DNA of 64,000 nucleotides. Origin: Candidatus Moranbacteria bacterium UBA4824. GTDB taxonomy: Bacteria > Patescibacteriota > Minisyncoccia > Moranbacterales > UBA2206. The notes beneath the pieces were generated by a model. It was not told where the DNA came from and made no database searches. It saw only the letters and a program-made list of their open reading frames with translations. The position numbers and the translations under genes are program-made. Positions 39,560 through 48,879 of this stretch are shown one piece after another. Each line of letters begins with the position of its first letter. Position 1 is the first letter of the stretch. The stretch covers positions 11,722 to 75,721 of the forward strand of contig DHFM01000046.1 of assembly GCA_002400405.1 (NCBI GenBank), given 5' to 3'.

Positions 39560-40231
39560 TTATAACATTTTTTTAAGCGTTTGTGGAGTGTAGTCAATTC
39601 TTAGCAATTTGTCAATCGAAGGAATGTTTATTCGGAATTTCTCAACATCGTGCTTAAAATCTTTTTCTATTAAAAATAATATAACTTTATCGCCGAAATC
39701 TTTCTTTATAGCATTTACATTCTCTTTGGCTTTAAAGAAAGTATCTACAAAAACGTCTTTAGTTATTCGACGTCCTTCTATTTCTTCTCGTGCTTTTGTA
39801 AATTCCCAAGCGATTTTTGGATCTTGATAGAGATAGAAAATAGCTACAAGTCTATGATGATCAAGTGCGCGCGATATATTTTTTCTAGCAACACCAATAC
39901 TTGATAGAGTTCCATCTATAATGGCGTCATATTTTTTATGTATTATATGATCATATAAAATTTCAACACCCTTACTGCAAGCCGATTGAAATAGGTGCGA
40001 GTTTGATCCTGTGTAATCTGGAAATAATTCTCTGATTTCATCAGCATCAATTCTAACTAGAGGTTTCTTGAGTATTTCTATTAAGTTTTTTGAGAATTCT
40101 GTTTTTCCAGCACCAGGAGATCCAGCCATAAAAATAGTTGCAGGAATTTTTTTCGATTCGTAAATAGCCGGATTGGCAAATTTTTGAATCAAAATCTTTT
40201 TATTAGACTTGATATATTCAACGGGGTTCAT
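39560..40231 (-). CDS. Zeta-toxin family P-loop kinase
   Basis: FMAGSPGAGKTE, IDADEIR, IDGT, RE..EGR. Confidence 0.85.
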   Translation of the reverse strand: MNPVEYIKSNKKILIQKFANPAIYESKKIPATIFMAGSPGAGKTEFSKNLIEILKKPLVRIDADEIRELFPDYTGSNSHLFQSACSKGVEILYDHIIHKKYDAIIDGTLSSIGVARKNISRALDHHRLVAIFYLYQDPKIAWEFTKAREEIEGRRITKDVFVDTFFKAKENVNAIKKDFGDKVILFLIEKDFKHDVEKFRINIPSIDKLLRIDYTPQTLKKML

Positions 40232-40258
40232 TTTTTAAGTAAAAATTTCTATAAATTA

Positions 40259-40357
40259 TCAAAAATTTTTTAATATCGCCCAGCCAGTCGTGGCCGTACC
40301 AGGATCGATCCCAAGAATTCGCAGAGTTGATTTTGAAGTTTCAGATTTATTTTTCAT
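40259..40357 (-). pseudogene. ruvC: 5' fragment of a second ruvC allele, with its upstream region extending to ~40405
   Basis: Translates as MKNKSETSKSTLRILGIDPGTATTGWAILKNF*; 40271-40405 aligns to 38381-38515. Confidence 0.9.
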
Positions 40358-40482
40358 AACTATATTATAGCTTAAAGGGGAATTTTTTTGAAGGGCTTTG
40401 ATTTTAAAAAATAAAAAATAACCCAAGAGGGTTATTGATGAAAATTATAGCATAGCGCGCGACATTTCAAAAAACGGCTGTA

Positions 40483-40776
40483 TTATTTTTTGTAAATAAA
40501 TTTGTAAATAAAAAACATCAAAATTCCCCAAATGATAGTATCTGCGATTATTCCAAATGTTGAAATTTGGTTTACAACTTCACCATCTATACCATTAACA
40601 CCCCAATAGTAATATGCAAAGGGTGCACCTATTGTGTTGCAATCACCAGGGCAACCCACACAACAACCACCACATTGACAGTGTACCATATTTGATAATG
40701 AAATAGGTGATAAGAAAATAATCACAGCAACAATTACCACTATAAAAATTGAGATAATTAAATTTTTATTATTCAT
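40483..40776 (-). CDS. Small 2-TM protein with a Cys-rich loop
   Basis: HCQCGGCCVGCPGDC, then G.PF.Y; start moved to ATG 40776. Confidence 0.6.
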   Translation of the reverse strand: MNNKNLIISIFIVVIVAVIIFLSPISLSNMVHCQCGGCCVGCPGDCNTIGAPFAYYYWGVNGIDGEVVNQISTFGIIADTIIWGILMFFIYKFIYKK

Positions 40777-40933
40777 ATGATTTTGATGTTTCTTTAAGGG
40801 TGTTAATTTTTTAATGATTTTAAATTTATTTGAATTACAGAGGTCTTTTTCTGAATATAAGATAAATATAGCATAATTTTTGTAAATCACAAAGCAACCT
40901 CATATCTCGTCGCTTTGCCTTCACTAATTTTTT

Positions 40934-42019
40934 TTATATTTTTTTATACCTCGTGCTTCTGCCTTGGCCTATTCTTTCTATTTTTTTCAACTTCAACAAC
41001 ACTTCCAGCGCCTGTTTGACTGTTGGTCGAGGAATATTTGTTTCGGTTGCAATTTTGCCTGTTCCGGCGACGTCAACTTGCTCGAAAAATTTCCAAACTG
41101 CAAGTTGTTTTTCTGATAGAATTTTTTCGATATTTTCTTTTGACAATAATTCAATAGCTGATTGGGATTGCTTTAGCAAAATCGTAAAAAAGAAATCAAG
41201 CCACGGTGCAATATTTTCATTTCTTGTGTGAAAAGTTTTTTGACTGCGTCTAAGCGCGAGATAATAATCAGTTTTGTTATCTTCAACTAATTTCTCATGT
41301 GAAACATAAGGCATATACAAATAGCCACTTTGAAGAAGTAGTAAATTTGTCAAAATTCTGGAAATTCTTCCATTTCCATCTTGAAAAGGATGGATGGCTA
41401 AAAATTCAACCAAAAAATTGGCGATTATGAGTAGGGGATGGTATTTTTTTTCAGTTAACAAAAAATTAGTCGATCCAATCAGTTCCATCATTTCTTTTGG
41501 CGTGAGATAGGGGGAAGTCGGATTGAAAATTATCCCAACTTCTTTTCCTTCTTGATCATAGGCAACAACTTTATTTTCACCGAATTTATAATCTCCCAAA
41601 TGTCCCTGATCTTTGTCCGAATATTTCAGAAGTTCTTTGTGAAAATGTTTAACGGAACTTTCATTGAATTTCAAACTTCCCCAAGAATTAAAAATATTTT
41701 CTAATAGTTCATAATATCCTTGGACTTCTTGCTTGTCGCGGTCGGCAAATTTTTGAATATTTATGCCTTGCATTACCTTTTCAATATCCTCGTCAGTTAG
41801 TTTCACGCCTTCAATGCGCGTCGATGCGCCAGTAGAAGTTATCAAAACAGATCGCTTGAGACGACCCAACGCTTGTGGGCTCAACTGGGCGCCAGTCACC
41901 CAATTGCCCTTTAATTCATCAATCTTGGCGATTTTCGAAATTATTCCAGCGGGAATATTACTAAGTCTTCTGGAGAACTTATCTGTAATGGTGCTATTTT
42001 TTTGTATTTTTGTAATCAT
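40934..42019 (-). CDS. Fic family protein with N-terminal inhibitory motif and C-terminal wHTH
   Basis: HPFQDGNGRISR; STRIEG; G.GRSTRY. Confidence 0.93.
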   Translation of the reverse strand: MITKIQKNSTITDKFSRRLSNIPAGIISKIAKIDELKGNWVTGAQLSPQALGRLKRSVLITSTGASTRIEGVKLTDEDIEKVMQGINIQKFADRDKQEVQGYYELLENIFNSWGSLKFNESSVKHFHKELLKYSDKDQGHLGDYKFGENKVVAYDQEGKEVGIIFNPTSPYLTPKEMMELIGSTNFLLTEKKYHPLLIIANFLVEFLAIHPFQDGNGRISRILTNLLLLQSGYLYMPYVSHEKLVEDNKTDYYLALRRSQKTFHTRNENIAPWLDFFFTILLKQSQSAIELLSKENIEKILSEKQLAVWKFFEQVDVAGTGKIATETNIPRPTVKQALEVLLKLKKIERIGQGRSTRYKKI

Positions 42020-42046
42020 ATTATTTGGATATATTAACTATGTCCA

Positions 42047-42131
42047 ATTATATCCAATTAAATCATTATAGTCAAGTATGCCCATTGACTAAAAACCTTA
42101 AGTTTGCTATACTGTACATATGAGTACAGTA
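42047..42131. promoter_or_regulatory. Back-to-back sigma70 promoters for fic (-) and abiEi-2 (+), with an operator-like IR
   Basis: Minus: TTGACT 42075-42070, 17 nt, TATAAT 42052-42047. Plus: TTGACT 42085, 17 nt, TATACT 42108. IR tactgtac-atatga-gtacagta (42110-42131) covers the ATG. Confidence 0.75.
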
Positions 42132-42707
42132 AAAAATGACGTAAAAATAAATAAAGGCTCAAATAAGCAAAGATTTGCTGACTTGGCTAAAATAGGTATT
42201 TCAGTCTTTCACTGCGATGATTTGGCTAATTTATGGCAGATAAAAAACCCTAATACTTTGCATACTACGCTAAAGCGATATGCTAAAGAAGGGCTGATTA
42301 TACGAATTCAAAGAGGGTTATATTCTTTTCAGCCAGTAGAAAAAATTGATTTGTTTCTTTTGGGGGTGAAAATATTGCATCGGTATGCTTATATTAGCAT
42401 GGAAACTATTCTGGCTAGGAATGGGATAATTTTTCAAGAGATTCCAAAAACTTCCATTATCAGTTCTATTTCCAAGAATTTTTCTGTTGCCGGTCGAGAA
42501 TACCACTGCCGTCGTTTGGCGGATAAATATCTATATAATGACGCCGGAATTGTTTTGGAAAACGGAGTACAGGTCGCGTCAACAGAAAGGGCGGTGGCGG
42601 ATATCCTCTATTTCAATCCGCGCTATTATTTTGACGGCGATCGCTTGATTGATTGGAAAAAAGTCCGCGCTATCCAAAGAGAAATAGGTTATCCACAAAA
42701 TCGATAA
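42120..42707 (+). CDS. AbiEi-like antitoxin / regulator (second copy)
   Basis: RIQRGLY, AYISMET.L...G.I.Q, AS.ERAVAD. Confidence 0.82.
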   Translation: MSTVKNDVKINKGSNKQRFADLAKIGISVFHCDDLANLWQIKNPNTLHTTLKRYAKEGLIIRIQRGLYSFQPVEKIDLFLLGVKILHRYAYISMETILARNGIIFQEIPKTSIISSISKNFSVAGREYHCRRLADKYLYNDAGIVLENGVQVASTERAVADILYFNPRYYFDGDRLIDWKKVRAIQREIGYPQNR

Positions 42708-42733
42708 AAATAATAATTAAAAAAAACAAAAAA

Positions 42734-43483
42734 ATGATTACTCCAACTCCAAAAGATGCTGAGCATAAAGCATGGATGTTTCGTCTACTAGGCGCGCTAT
42801 TTGATGACGCTTTTTTATCTAGCGTTCTATTTTTCAAAGGCGGAACTTGCGCAGCTATGCGCGAACTTCTAGATCGATTTTCAGTGGATCTTGATTTTGA
42901 TTATATTAGCGAAAAAGGAGAAATCAAAAAGGTTCAAGAAAAAATGGAAGAAATTTTTCAAAAACTCGGTTTGGAGATAAAAGACAAAAGTCGAAATGTT
43001 CCGCAATATTTTTTGAAATATCCAACCACTGCAGGTGGAAGAAATACGCTAAAAATAGACATCTGCTTTCCTGTACCGCAATTTAATCAATATGAAAGCG
43101 CACAACTTTCTGAGATTGATCGCATTGTGAATTGTCAAACAGTTGAAACGATGATGGCTAATAAGCTAATAGCGCTCATTAATCGATTTGAAAAAAACGG
43201 CCATATTGCTGGTCGAGATGTGTATGATGTCCATTATTTTTTTTGGAATGGTTTTCGTTATGACGCGAAAATCATAGAGGATATAAGAAAATGTTCGGTG
43301 GAAAAATTCTTCGAGAATTTGGTGGTTTTTGTTGCTGACAAAATAAATCAAGAAGTTATCGATCAAGATCTCAATATGCTTTTGCCCAACGACAAATTTC
43401 AAATGATGCGAAAAATTCTCAAGCAAGAAACTCTAATGATGCTCAAAGACGAGTTGGCAAGGATAAAGAATGGAAAGTTATAA
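42734..43483 (+). CDS. AbiEii nucleotidyltransferase toxin (second copy)
   Basis: FKGGT, RFSVDLDF, KL.A, RDVYD; start moved to ATG 42734. Confidence 0.88.
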   Translation: MITPTPKDAEHKAWMFRLLGALFDDAFLSSVLFFKGGTCAAMRELLDRFSVDLDFDYISEKGEIKKVQEKMEEIFQKLGLEIKDKSRNVPQYFLKYPTTAGGRNTLKIDICFPVPQFNQYESAQLSEIDRIVNCQTVETMMANKLIALINRFEKNGHIAGRDVYDVHYFFWNGFRYDAKIIEDIRKCSVEKFFENLVVFVADKINQEVIDQDLNMLLPNDKFQMMRKILKQETLMMLKDELARIKNGKL

Positions 43484-44191
43484 ATTATCAAAAATCTCCT
43501 CCACATCTTCTTGATCATCAAGAGTTTCGAGAAGTTTGTCGTAGCTTTCTTGGGTGGATGAGTCAATTTCGACAGTGGATTTTGGAATGAAAGTTAAGTT
43601 GGATTCGGAAATTTTAATATTTTTTTCTTCTAAATTATTTTGCACTTTTTGCAGGTCTTGCGGAGCAGTAAAAATAATTAAATTATTTTCTTCAATTTTG
43701 GTGTCTTTGGCGCCAGCTTCAATAGCGAGCATTTCCAATTCATCGGCATCTTTACCAGATAGATCAATTGTAATGGCGCCGACTTGCTCAAAATTCCACA
43801 TGGAACTGCCGGATTCGCCGAATTTTCCGCCGGCTTTAGTGAGAATGCTTTTAATTTCACTTACAGTACGATTTTTGTTATCGGTAGAAGTTTTGATGAG
43901 CATCATGATATTTCCAGGGCCTTTAGCTTCATAGATAATTTCAACAATTTCTGCGCCACTCATTTCACCTGTTCCTTTCTTGACTGCTTTGTCGATATTA
44001 TCTTTAGGCATATTAAACTCCTGGGCCTTTTTCATGGCCATTCGAAGTTTGAAATTTGTGTCTGGGTTGCCACCGCCTTCACGTGCGGCGATGACGATCG
44101 GCTTGGCAAGTTTAGTGAAAATCTTGGCGCGTTTAGCGTCATTTACCCCTTTTCTTTGTTTTATTCCCGCCCAATGTGAGTGTCCTGACAT
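43478..44191 (-). CDS. yebC: YebC/PmpR family protein
   Basis: MSGHSHWA.IK..K...D.KR, NP..N..LR, TDN.NRT; the ORF extension upstream of 44191 is repeat-derived. Confidence 0.95.
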   Translation of the reverse strand: MSGHSHWAGIKQRKGVNDAKRAKIFTKLAKPIVIAAREGGGNPDTNFKLRMAMKKAQEFNMPKDNIDKAVKKGTGEMSGAEIVEIIYEAKGPGNIMMLIKTSTDNKNRTVSEIKSILTKAGGKFGESGSSMWNFEQVGAITIDLSGKDADELEMLAIEAGAKDTKIEENNLIIFTAPQDLQKVQNNLEEKNIKISESNLTFIPKSTVEIDSSTQESYDKLLETLDDQEDVEEIFDNL

Positions 44192-44194
44192 AAG

Positions 44195-44277
44195 ATCATG
44201 AAGCATGAAGCATAAAACATGAAGCAATCCGTATTTTTTTGTTTTATGTTTCATGTTGTATGTTACATGTTACATAA
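44195..44277. repeat. CATGAA(A/G) heptamer hairpin element
   Basis: catgaag/cataaaa arm, loop, tgtttca/tgttaca arm; ends 3 nt from the yebC start. Confidence 0.85.
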
Positions 44278-44292
44278 TTTAAGCTTAGCAGT

Positions 44293-46122
44293 TTAGATTG
44301 TAATTTTCAAGAGGATATGATTTAAGGAAGAATTTATTTTTAGCCAAAGCGAATCTGAAAAAACCACTATCCAATGTTTTTGAGTGGTTGGGGTGGTGAA
44401 AAGATAGTGATTGTCTTTAGAGACAGGTTTAAAACCTGTCATTACGCCTAAAACCCTTGAATTTTGAGGGATTAACTTTTCGGGAAAAGTTATAGTGGGG
44501 CTTGAATAAGCCAAATTATGGCGTGTTTGTTGCTTTTTTTGCCAAATAGGCGAGGAAGTATATTTTCCAAGGTTGGCTTGGATTTCGGAGTCGGGGATAA
44601 TGAGAATATCTTCTTCTGTTGTGGCGCTGGTTCCCTCATCCGCCCTACGGGCACCTTCTCCCAAAGGGAGAAGGGGATTTTCAGTATTATTCTGTGTTTC
44701 TATCCAGCTCCAGCCATCGTCATTTTTTCCATAAAGCTCATCTTCATTGATTTTGTTTTTTTTCCGATCATATTTAATTTTTTGCACAACTTTCCCAGAG
44801 GGGTCGCGCAGTTCAATTTTTGTTTTTTCATTTCCTAAAGTGAAAGCGCAAATTTTTTTGGTGAGCTTTTTGGTTTTGCCTTTTTTGATTTTGAAATCTT
44901 CACGGATCGGATGATTAATTAGTTTGTCTTTTCCAGTGGCGATTGACCAGCCCTTGAGATTGACTTTGTCCTTGGATTGATTTTTAATTTCGATCCATTC
45001 ATTTTTTGTGTCACTTCCTTTGGGATTGGGGGAAAGACTTATTATGCGAATTTTTGGCGCATTATATTTTTCCACCTTAACACTAAAGTCATAGGTTTTG
45101 TCTTCGCCATCCCCAGTAATTTTTAGACTGCCTTTGAATTTTCCAGTTTTTTCATATTTGTGTTTTGTGGATTTTAGATAGCTTTTGTGGCCATCGCCAA
45201 AATTCCAAGTGAATTTTTTAGCGTCTTTTTCAGCTTTCACACTGAAATAGGCATAGGTGTTTTTGTAGATTTTTTTTGGTAGAATTAGTTTTCCGGACAG
45301 TATTTTATCGAAATTATTTTCTCCGCCAGGAGTAGGCAAAGATGTCCACCGCCAATCCGTTCCAGAAAAAGAATAGGAATAGGCGCTTTTTCCATTGGAA
45401 TATTTTTGGCTAGCGATTAAGTTATCTTTTTTGTCATAAAGAAAAACTGTGTCGCCCTTAGAGTCATTATTAAACGAAAAAGAGCCATAAAAAACAATAA
45501 AATTTCCAGTTTTTTCTTTCTTAGTAATTTTTCCTTTGGCACTTTTGGAATCTTTGATGACATAATTGGAGAAGTCAATTTCTTCTCCAGTTAAATTAAT
45601 TATCTCGACAAACTCTTCCTCGTCATTTTTAGTGTCTGGCGCCGGATAAATTTCGTTGATTCTAATCCCCGAATAATCTTGTGTTTCTTCTTCTTCTTCT
45701 TCTTCTTCTTCTTCTTCTTCTTCTTCCCAATTCAAACTATCAATAATAACCCCAGAATTTGTGTCGCCAAGTATTATAGCAATGCCATTTCCTTCGGAAA
45801 TAACACTACTTTTACTAGTGTTAGTCCAAAGATAAATTCCTTTAGCGGGGACAATATCTTCATTTCCAAATGATTTGAAGCTTGTGCGTGTTCCTGTAGA
45901 GGTTTTTTTAACAAGCCTATAATCATCCAAATTAATTGTTTCATTGGTGGTATTAGTAATTTCGATAAAGTCTTCCTCTGTTTTGCCAGTTCCGCCACTG
46001 TATTGAATATCGGTAATTTTTAAAATCGGCTCAGCCAAGCAAATTTTTTCCCAAATAAAAAAGCTAGCTAAAATAACCAGCCCGAAAATAAAATAATAAT
46101 ATTTTTTATTTTTATTTTTCAC
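44293..46122 (-). CDS. Secreted protein with three lamin-tail-like domains and a PKD domain
   Basis: I.E..P.P...EF/WIEI.N motifs three times; WNFGDG; probable GTG start at 46122. Confidence 0.75.
   Translation of the reverse strand: MKNKNKKYYYFIFGLVILASFFIWEKICLAEPILKITDIQYSGGTGKTEEDFIEITNTTNETINLDDYRLVKKTSTGTRTSFKSFGNEDIVPAKGIYLWTNTSKSSVISEGNGIAIILGDTNSGVIIDSLNWEEEEEEEEEEEEEETQDYSGIRINEIYPAPDTKNDEEEFVEIINLTGEEIDFSNYVIKDSKSAKGKITKKEKTGNFIVFYGSFSFNNDSKGDTVFLYDKKDNLIASQKYSNGKSAYSYSFSGTDWRWTSLPTPGGENNFDKILSGKLILPKKIYKNTYAYFSVKAEKDAKKFTWNFGDGHKSYLKSTKHKYEKTGKFKGSLKITGDGEDKTYDFSVKVEKYNAPKIRIISLSPNPKGSDTKNEWIEIKNQSKDKVNLKGWSIATGKDKLINHPIREDFKIKKGKTKKLTKKICAFTLGNEKTKIELRDPSGKVVQKIKYDRKKNKINEDELYGKNDDGWSWIETQNNTENPLLPLGEGARRADEGTSATTEEDILIIPDSEIQANLGKYTSSPIWQKKQQTRHNLAYSSPTITFPEKLIPQNSRVLGVMTGFKPVSKDNHYLFTTPTTQKHWIVVFSDSLWLKINSSLNHILLKITI
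44632..44677. repeat. Palindromic element inserted in frame (PLLPLGEGARRADEG)
   Basis: ccctcatcc-gccc-tac-gggc-a-ccttctccc-aaa-gggagaagg. Confidence 0.85.
45685..45726 (-). repeat. Perfect (GAA)14 microsatellite encoding a poly-Glu linker
   Basis: Uninterrupted ttc run on the plus strand. Confidence 0.95.
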
Positions 46123-46131
46123 CCTAAATTT

Positions 46132-46257
46132 ATCCCCCACCACTTTTAGTCTGCGCCAAAGGCGCAAAAAACTTTTATTTAAAAGTAATAAAAACCTTTT
46201 AAATATTGCAATTTATATAAAAAAATAAACTAAAAAAGACTAAAAGTGGTGGGGGAT
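46132..46257. mobile_element. MITE-like element with perfect 21-bp TIRs
   Basis: atcccccaccacttttagtct / agactaaaagtggtgggggat; nested tgcgcc-aaa-ggcgca. Confidence 0.82.
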
Positions 46258-46850
46258 TAAGTCGTTTCATGGTGAATTTTTTCTCGAAGCATTTCGCCGA
46301 ATTCATTTTCTTCTTTGCTTTCTAATTCGTTTTGCAGTTTCATAATAGTATCTTTGATTTTGTAGGGATCGGGAACATTTCGAAAGATAAAGCGTTCTCT
46401 TTCACCGGCAGTTTGAATAAGAAGATTGCCGTAATTAAGAAAGGTTGGGATAACTCCACGCACATCCGTTGTGACATCCTGAATTTTTTCCAGTTCTAAC
46501 TCGCTCACTACGCGAGTAAAAAGCCCTTTTTGTTCAATGTTAATAATTCTTTCACTAGTAACTATCCAAACATCAAAATAGTAGTCAATCCAGATGGCAA
46601 AAAACAACAGCCAAAGAAAAGTAAAAAAAAGACTGCGCATAAAAGCGGTGAGATCAAGCAGAAGTTGTTCGCTAAATTCATCAAAGAAAAAGGCGGTGAG
46701 GAAATAACTGCCGAAAAGAAAAAGTACCATAAAGAAAATTATGGAAAAGTGAGTGAGGATGTTGAACCAGTGGCGATGAATAACCATCAGAATTTCTTCG
46801 CCATTTTTTTGTCCGTCGAAATGATAGTGGGTAAAATTGTGTTGTTGCAT
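46257..46850 (-). CDS. Bacterial PH-domain (bPH_2) membrane protein
   Basis: RHW, 2 TM helices, IVT.ERII...Q.GLF, IQDV, NYG...IQTAG. Confidence 0.85.
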   Translation of the reverse strand: MQQHNFTHYHFDGQKNGEEILMVIHRHWFNILTHFSIIFFMVLFLFGSYFLTAFFFDEFSEQLLLDLTAFMRSLFFTFLWLLFFAIWIDYYFDVWIVTSERIINIEQKGLFTRVVSELELEKIQDVTTDVRGVIPTFLNYGNLLIQTAGERERFIFRNVPDPYKIKDTIMKLQNELESKEENEFGEMLREKIHHETT

Positions 46851-46854
46851 AAAA

Positions 46855-47079
46855 TTAAAAAATAAGAAGTTTTGAAATTAGCGCATCCCAATCAACCGAA
46901 AAAAACAACATAATATTGGAAAGAAAAAGCAAAACGGAAACTACCACAAAAATGGGAAGCATTATTTTGTTAGTTTTAGCATTTATGGAATAACGAGCTA
47001 GATGATAGATGATAAAAAAGAAGAGAAAAAGATAGGTGATAAGGATGATGGCATAAAGAGCGAGGGCAATGTAGAACAT
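46855..47079 (-). CDS. Small 2-TM membrane protein
   Basis: 74-aa hydrophobic ORF with IIYHL..YS motif. Confidence 0.65.
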   Translation of the reverse strand: MFYIALALYAIILITYLFLFFFIIYHLARYSINAKTNKIMLPIFVVVSVLLFLSNIMLFFSVDWDALISKLLIF

Positions 47080-47101
47080 AAATTTTAGTTTATTTTTTAT
47101 T

Positions 47102-47253
47102 TAGGACTTATACATTTGCTTGCGTCAAGATATGCTTGTCGCGAAAGTGATTATAAAATGTAAGAATTTTCCAGTAATCAAGAATTGTTTATGTGAAATG
47201 TTTTTCTGGCGACTGCGTTAATATCTTTTCCACAATCAAATGCATAAGTCCTA
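47102..47253. mobile_element. MITE-like element with TAGGACTTAT(A/G)CATTTG TIRs
   Basis: taggacttatacatttg / caaatgcataagtccta. Confidence 0.75.
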
Positions 47254-47258
47254 TATTT

Positions 47259-48266
47259 TTAAAATAATTTTTTCTCTCCAATATATTTTATTCCCAGATG
47301 ATTGTAGGCGCTTTCGGTGGCAATGCGACCGCGCGGAGTACGAGCTAAAAATCCGATTTGAATGAGATATGGCTCATAGACATCTTCGATGGTTTTTATT
47401 TCTTCCGAAGTAGCTGCGGCAACTGTGCCAAGACCGACGGGACCACCACCAAACTTTTCGATGATGACTCGCAAGATATGCTTGTCCGCCGGTTCAAGTC
47501 CAAGTGGATCAACATCAATCATTTCCAGTGCTTCAATTGCTACCGCTTCGTTTATAATATCATGATTTTTTATTTGAGAAAAATCTCGCACCCGTTTCAA
47601 AAGACGATTAGCTACGCGAGGAGTACAACGAGCACACTCGGAAATTTTGGAAAGTCCTGTTTCGTCAGCGACTACCCCCAAAATTTTGGCACTACGCTCA
47701 AGAATTTTTTTGATTTCTGGGTTGGTATAAAATTCCAAACGATGAATGGCGCCAAAACGATTGCGGAGGGGATTGGAAATTGAACCTAACTTAGTGGTAG
47801 CGCCAATCAGGGTGAATTTTGGTAGATCAAGTTGAATAGTTCTGGCAGATGGTCCTTTGCCGATTATAATGTCTAATTTATAATCTTCCATGGCTGGGTA
47901 GAGAATTTCTTCGATGGATTTGTTAAGCCTGTGAATTTCATCGATGAATAGAATGTCACCATCAGAAAGATTAGTGAGAATTGATCCAAAATCACCCACG
48001 CGCTCAATGGCTGGACCAGAGGTAGTTTTAATGTTGACTCCCATTTCTTTGGCGATGATGTTGGCGAGAGTGGTTTTTCCAAGCCCCGCGGGACCATAAA
48101 GCAAAACATGCTCAATAGATTCTTCGCGATGTTTGGCCGCTTGAATCAAAATGTCTAAATTTTTCTTAACCTTAACTTGCCCCACATAATCATTGAAATT
48201 TTGCGGACGCAAAGTGACATCAAAACTAATTTCGTCTGGTTGTTCTTTTGAGCTAGTAATGGTCAT
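47259..48266 (-). CDS. ruvB: Holliday junction branch migration helicase RuvB
   Basis: [37 protein letters not shown]. Confidence 0.98.
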   Translation of the reverse strand: MTITSSKEQPDEISFDVTLRPQNFNDYVGQVKVKKNLDILIQAAKHREESIEHVLLYGPAGLGKTTLANIIAKEMGVNIKTTSGPAIERVGDFGSILTNLSDGDILFIDEIHRLNKSIEEILYPAMEDYKLDIIIGKGPSARTIQLDLPKFTLIGATTKLGSISNPLRNRFGAIHRLEFYTNPEIKKILERSAKILGVVADETGLSKISECARCTPRVANRLLKRVRDFSQIKNHDIINEAVAIEALEMIDVDPLGLEPADKHILRVIIEKFGGGPVGLGTVAAATSEEIKTIEDVYEPYLIQIGFLARTPRGRIATESAYNHLGIKYIGEKKLF

Positions 48267-48269
48267 AAT

Positions 48270-48379
48270 AATTTTTAATTTTGTAATTTTTAATTTTATA
48301 AATAAATCTAAAATCTAAATTTTTAAAAATTAGAAATTAAGAAATTATTTAAAAATTAAAAAATTAAAAATTGGAAATT
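48270..48379. repeat. AT-rich heptamer hairpin, direct-repeat copy 1
   Basis: Aligns with 49221-49331 (shared core aataaatct..aatctaaatttttaaaaatt). Confidence 0.8.
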
Positions 48380-48403
48380 CGAGTAAATTTAGTATACACC
48401 CAT

Positions 48404-48432
48404 TTGACAAAATTTCCAACTTATGCTATGCT
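48404..48432 (+). promoter_or_regulatory. Sigma70 promoter with extended -10
   Basis: TTGACA 48404, 17-nt spacer ending TGc, TATGCT 48427. Confidence 0.7.
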
Positions 48433-48437
48433 CCAAA

Positions 48438-48625
48438 GTCATCTTGAAACTTTATGTTTTTGAGATGATTAGCAGTAAATTGCAGGCAATTGGTGACTTC
48501 TATCTTTTGTCATCAATATAGAAACATTTTTCAAGATATGGGTAGCTGGGTTTCGGCTCGACTATGCCTCGATGTTGTTTCTTTTTTTGGGCTCTTAGCC
48601 CGAATTCTTGCCTGCAGATTATTGG
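48438..48625 (+). ncRNA. Candidate structured RNA: 5' hairpin plus four-way junction
   Basis: P1 48481-48489/48608-48616 encloses three stems, one with a UUCG loop; G-U pairs on the plus strand; starts just after the promoter. Confidence 0.5.
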
Positions 48626-48637
48626 AACTTCGCCATT

Positions 48638-48679
48638 TCAGAACCACTGATTATCACTGATTATACTGATTTCACTGAA
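48638..48679. repeat. Half copy of the prgI-flanking ACTGATT repeat element
   Basis: tcagaaccactgattatcactgattatactgatttcactgaa. Confidence 0.8.
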
Positions 48680-48712
48680 TAAAAAATTTAAAAATTCAAA
48701 GAAGGTATCCGA

Positions 48713-48761
48713 AAAGTTGAGCTTTAGGGTGGAGCCTAAACTTTTCAAAAAGCTCAACTTT
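48713..48761. repeat. Inverted repeat doublet
   Basis: aaagttgagcttt / aaagctcaacttt. Confidence 0.7.
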
Positions 48762-48879
48762 AGAGGAGTAAAATTCTATCAAAGCTAAATGTTTTGTGGG
48801 AAAGTTTTTAGGAGATATTTAGTTTTAATGGAAGGGGAATAAATAAAACAAAAAATTCTTTAAAAAATAGGGAGGGAGT

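Noticed and set aside
38468-43477. Integron or prophage
   Set aside because: No integrase, attC-like sites or phage genes; cargo lies in mixed orientations
44192-44254. N-terminal extensions in the ORF track for yebC, and likewise at 990, 30151, 46167, 54806 and 56967
   Set aside because: They run through repeat elements or promoters; downstream starts match family N-termini or signal peptides
45679-45873. Poly-Phe ORF and other short antisense or overlapping ORFs
   Set aside because: Shadows of longer genes with recognisable motifs
37907-48266. Loss of ruvA
   Set aside because: Absent between ruvC and ruvB here, but it may lie outside the window
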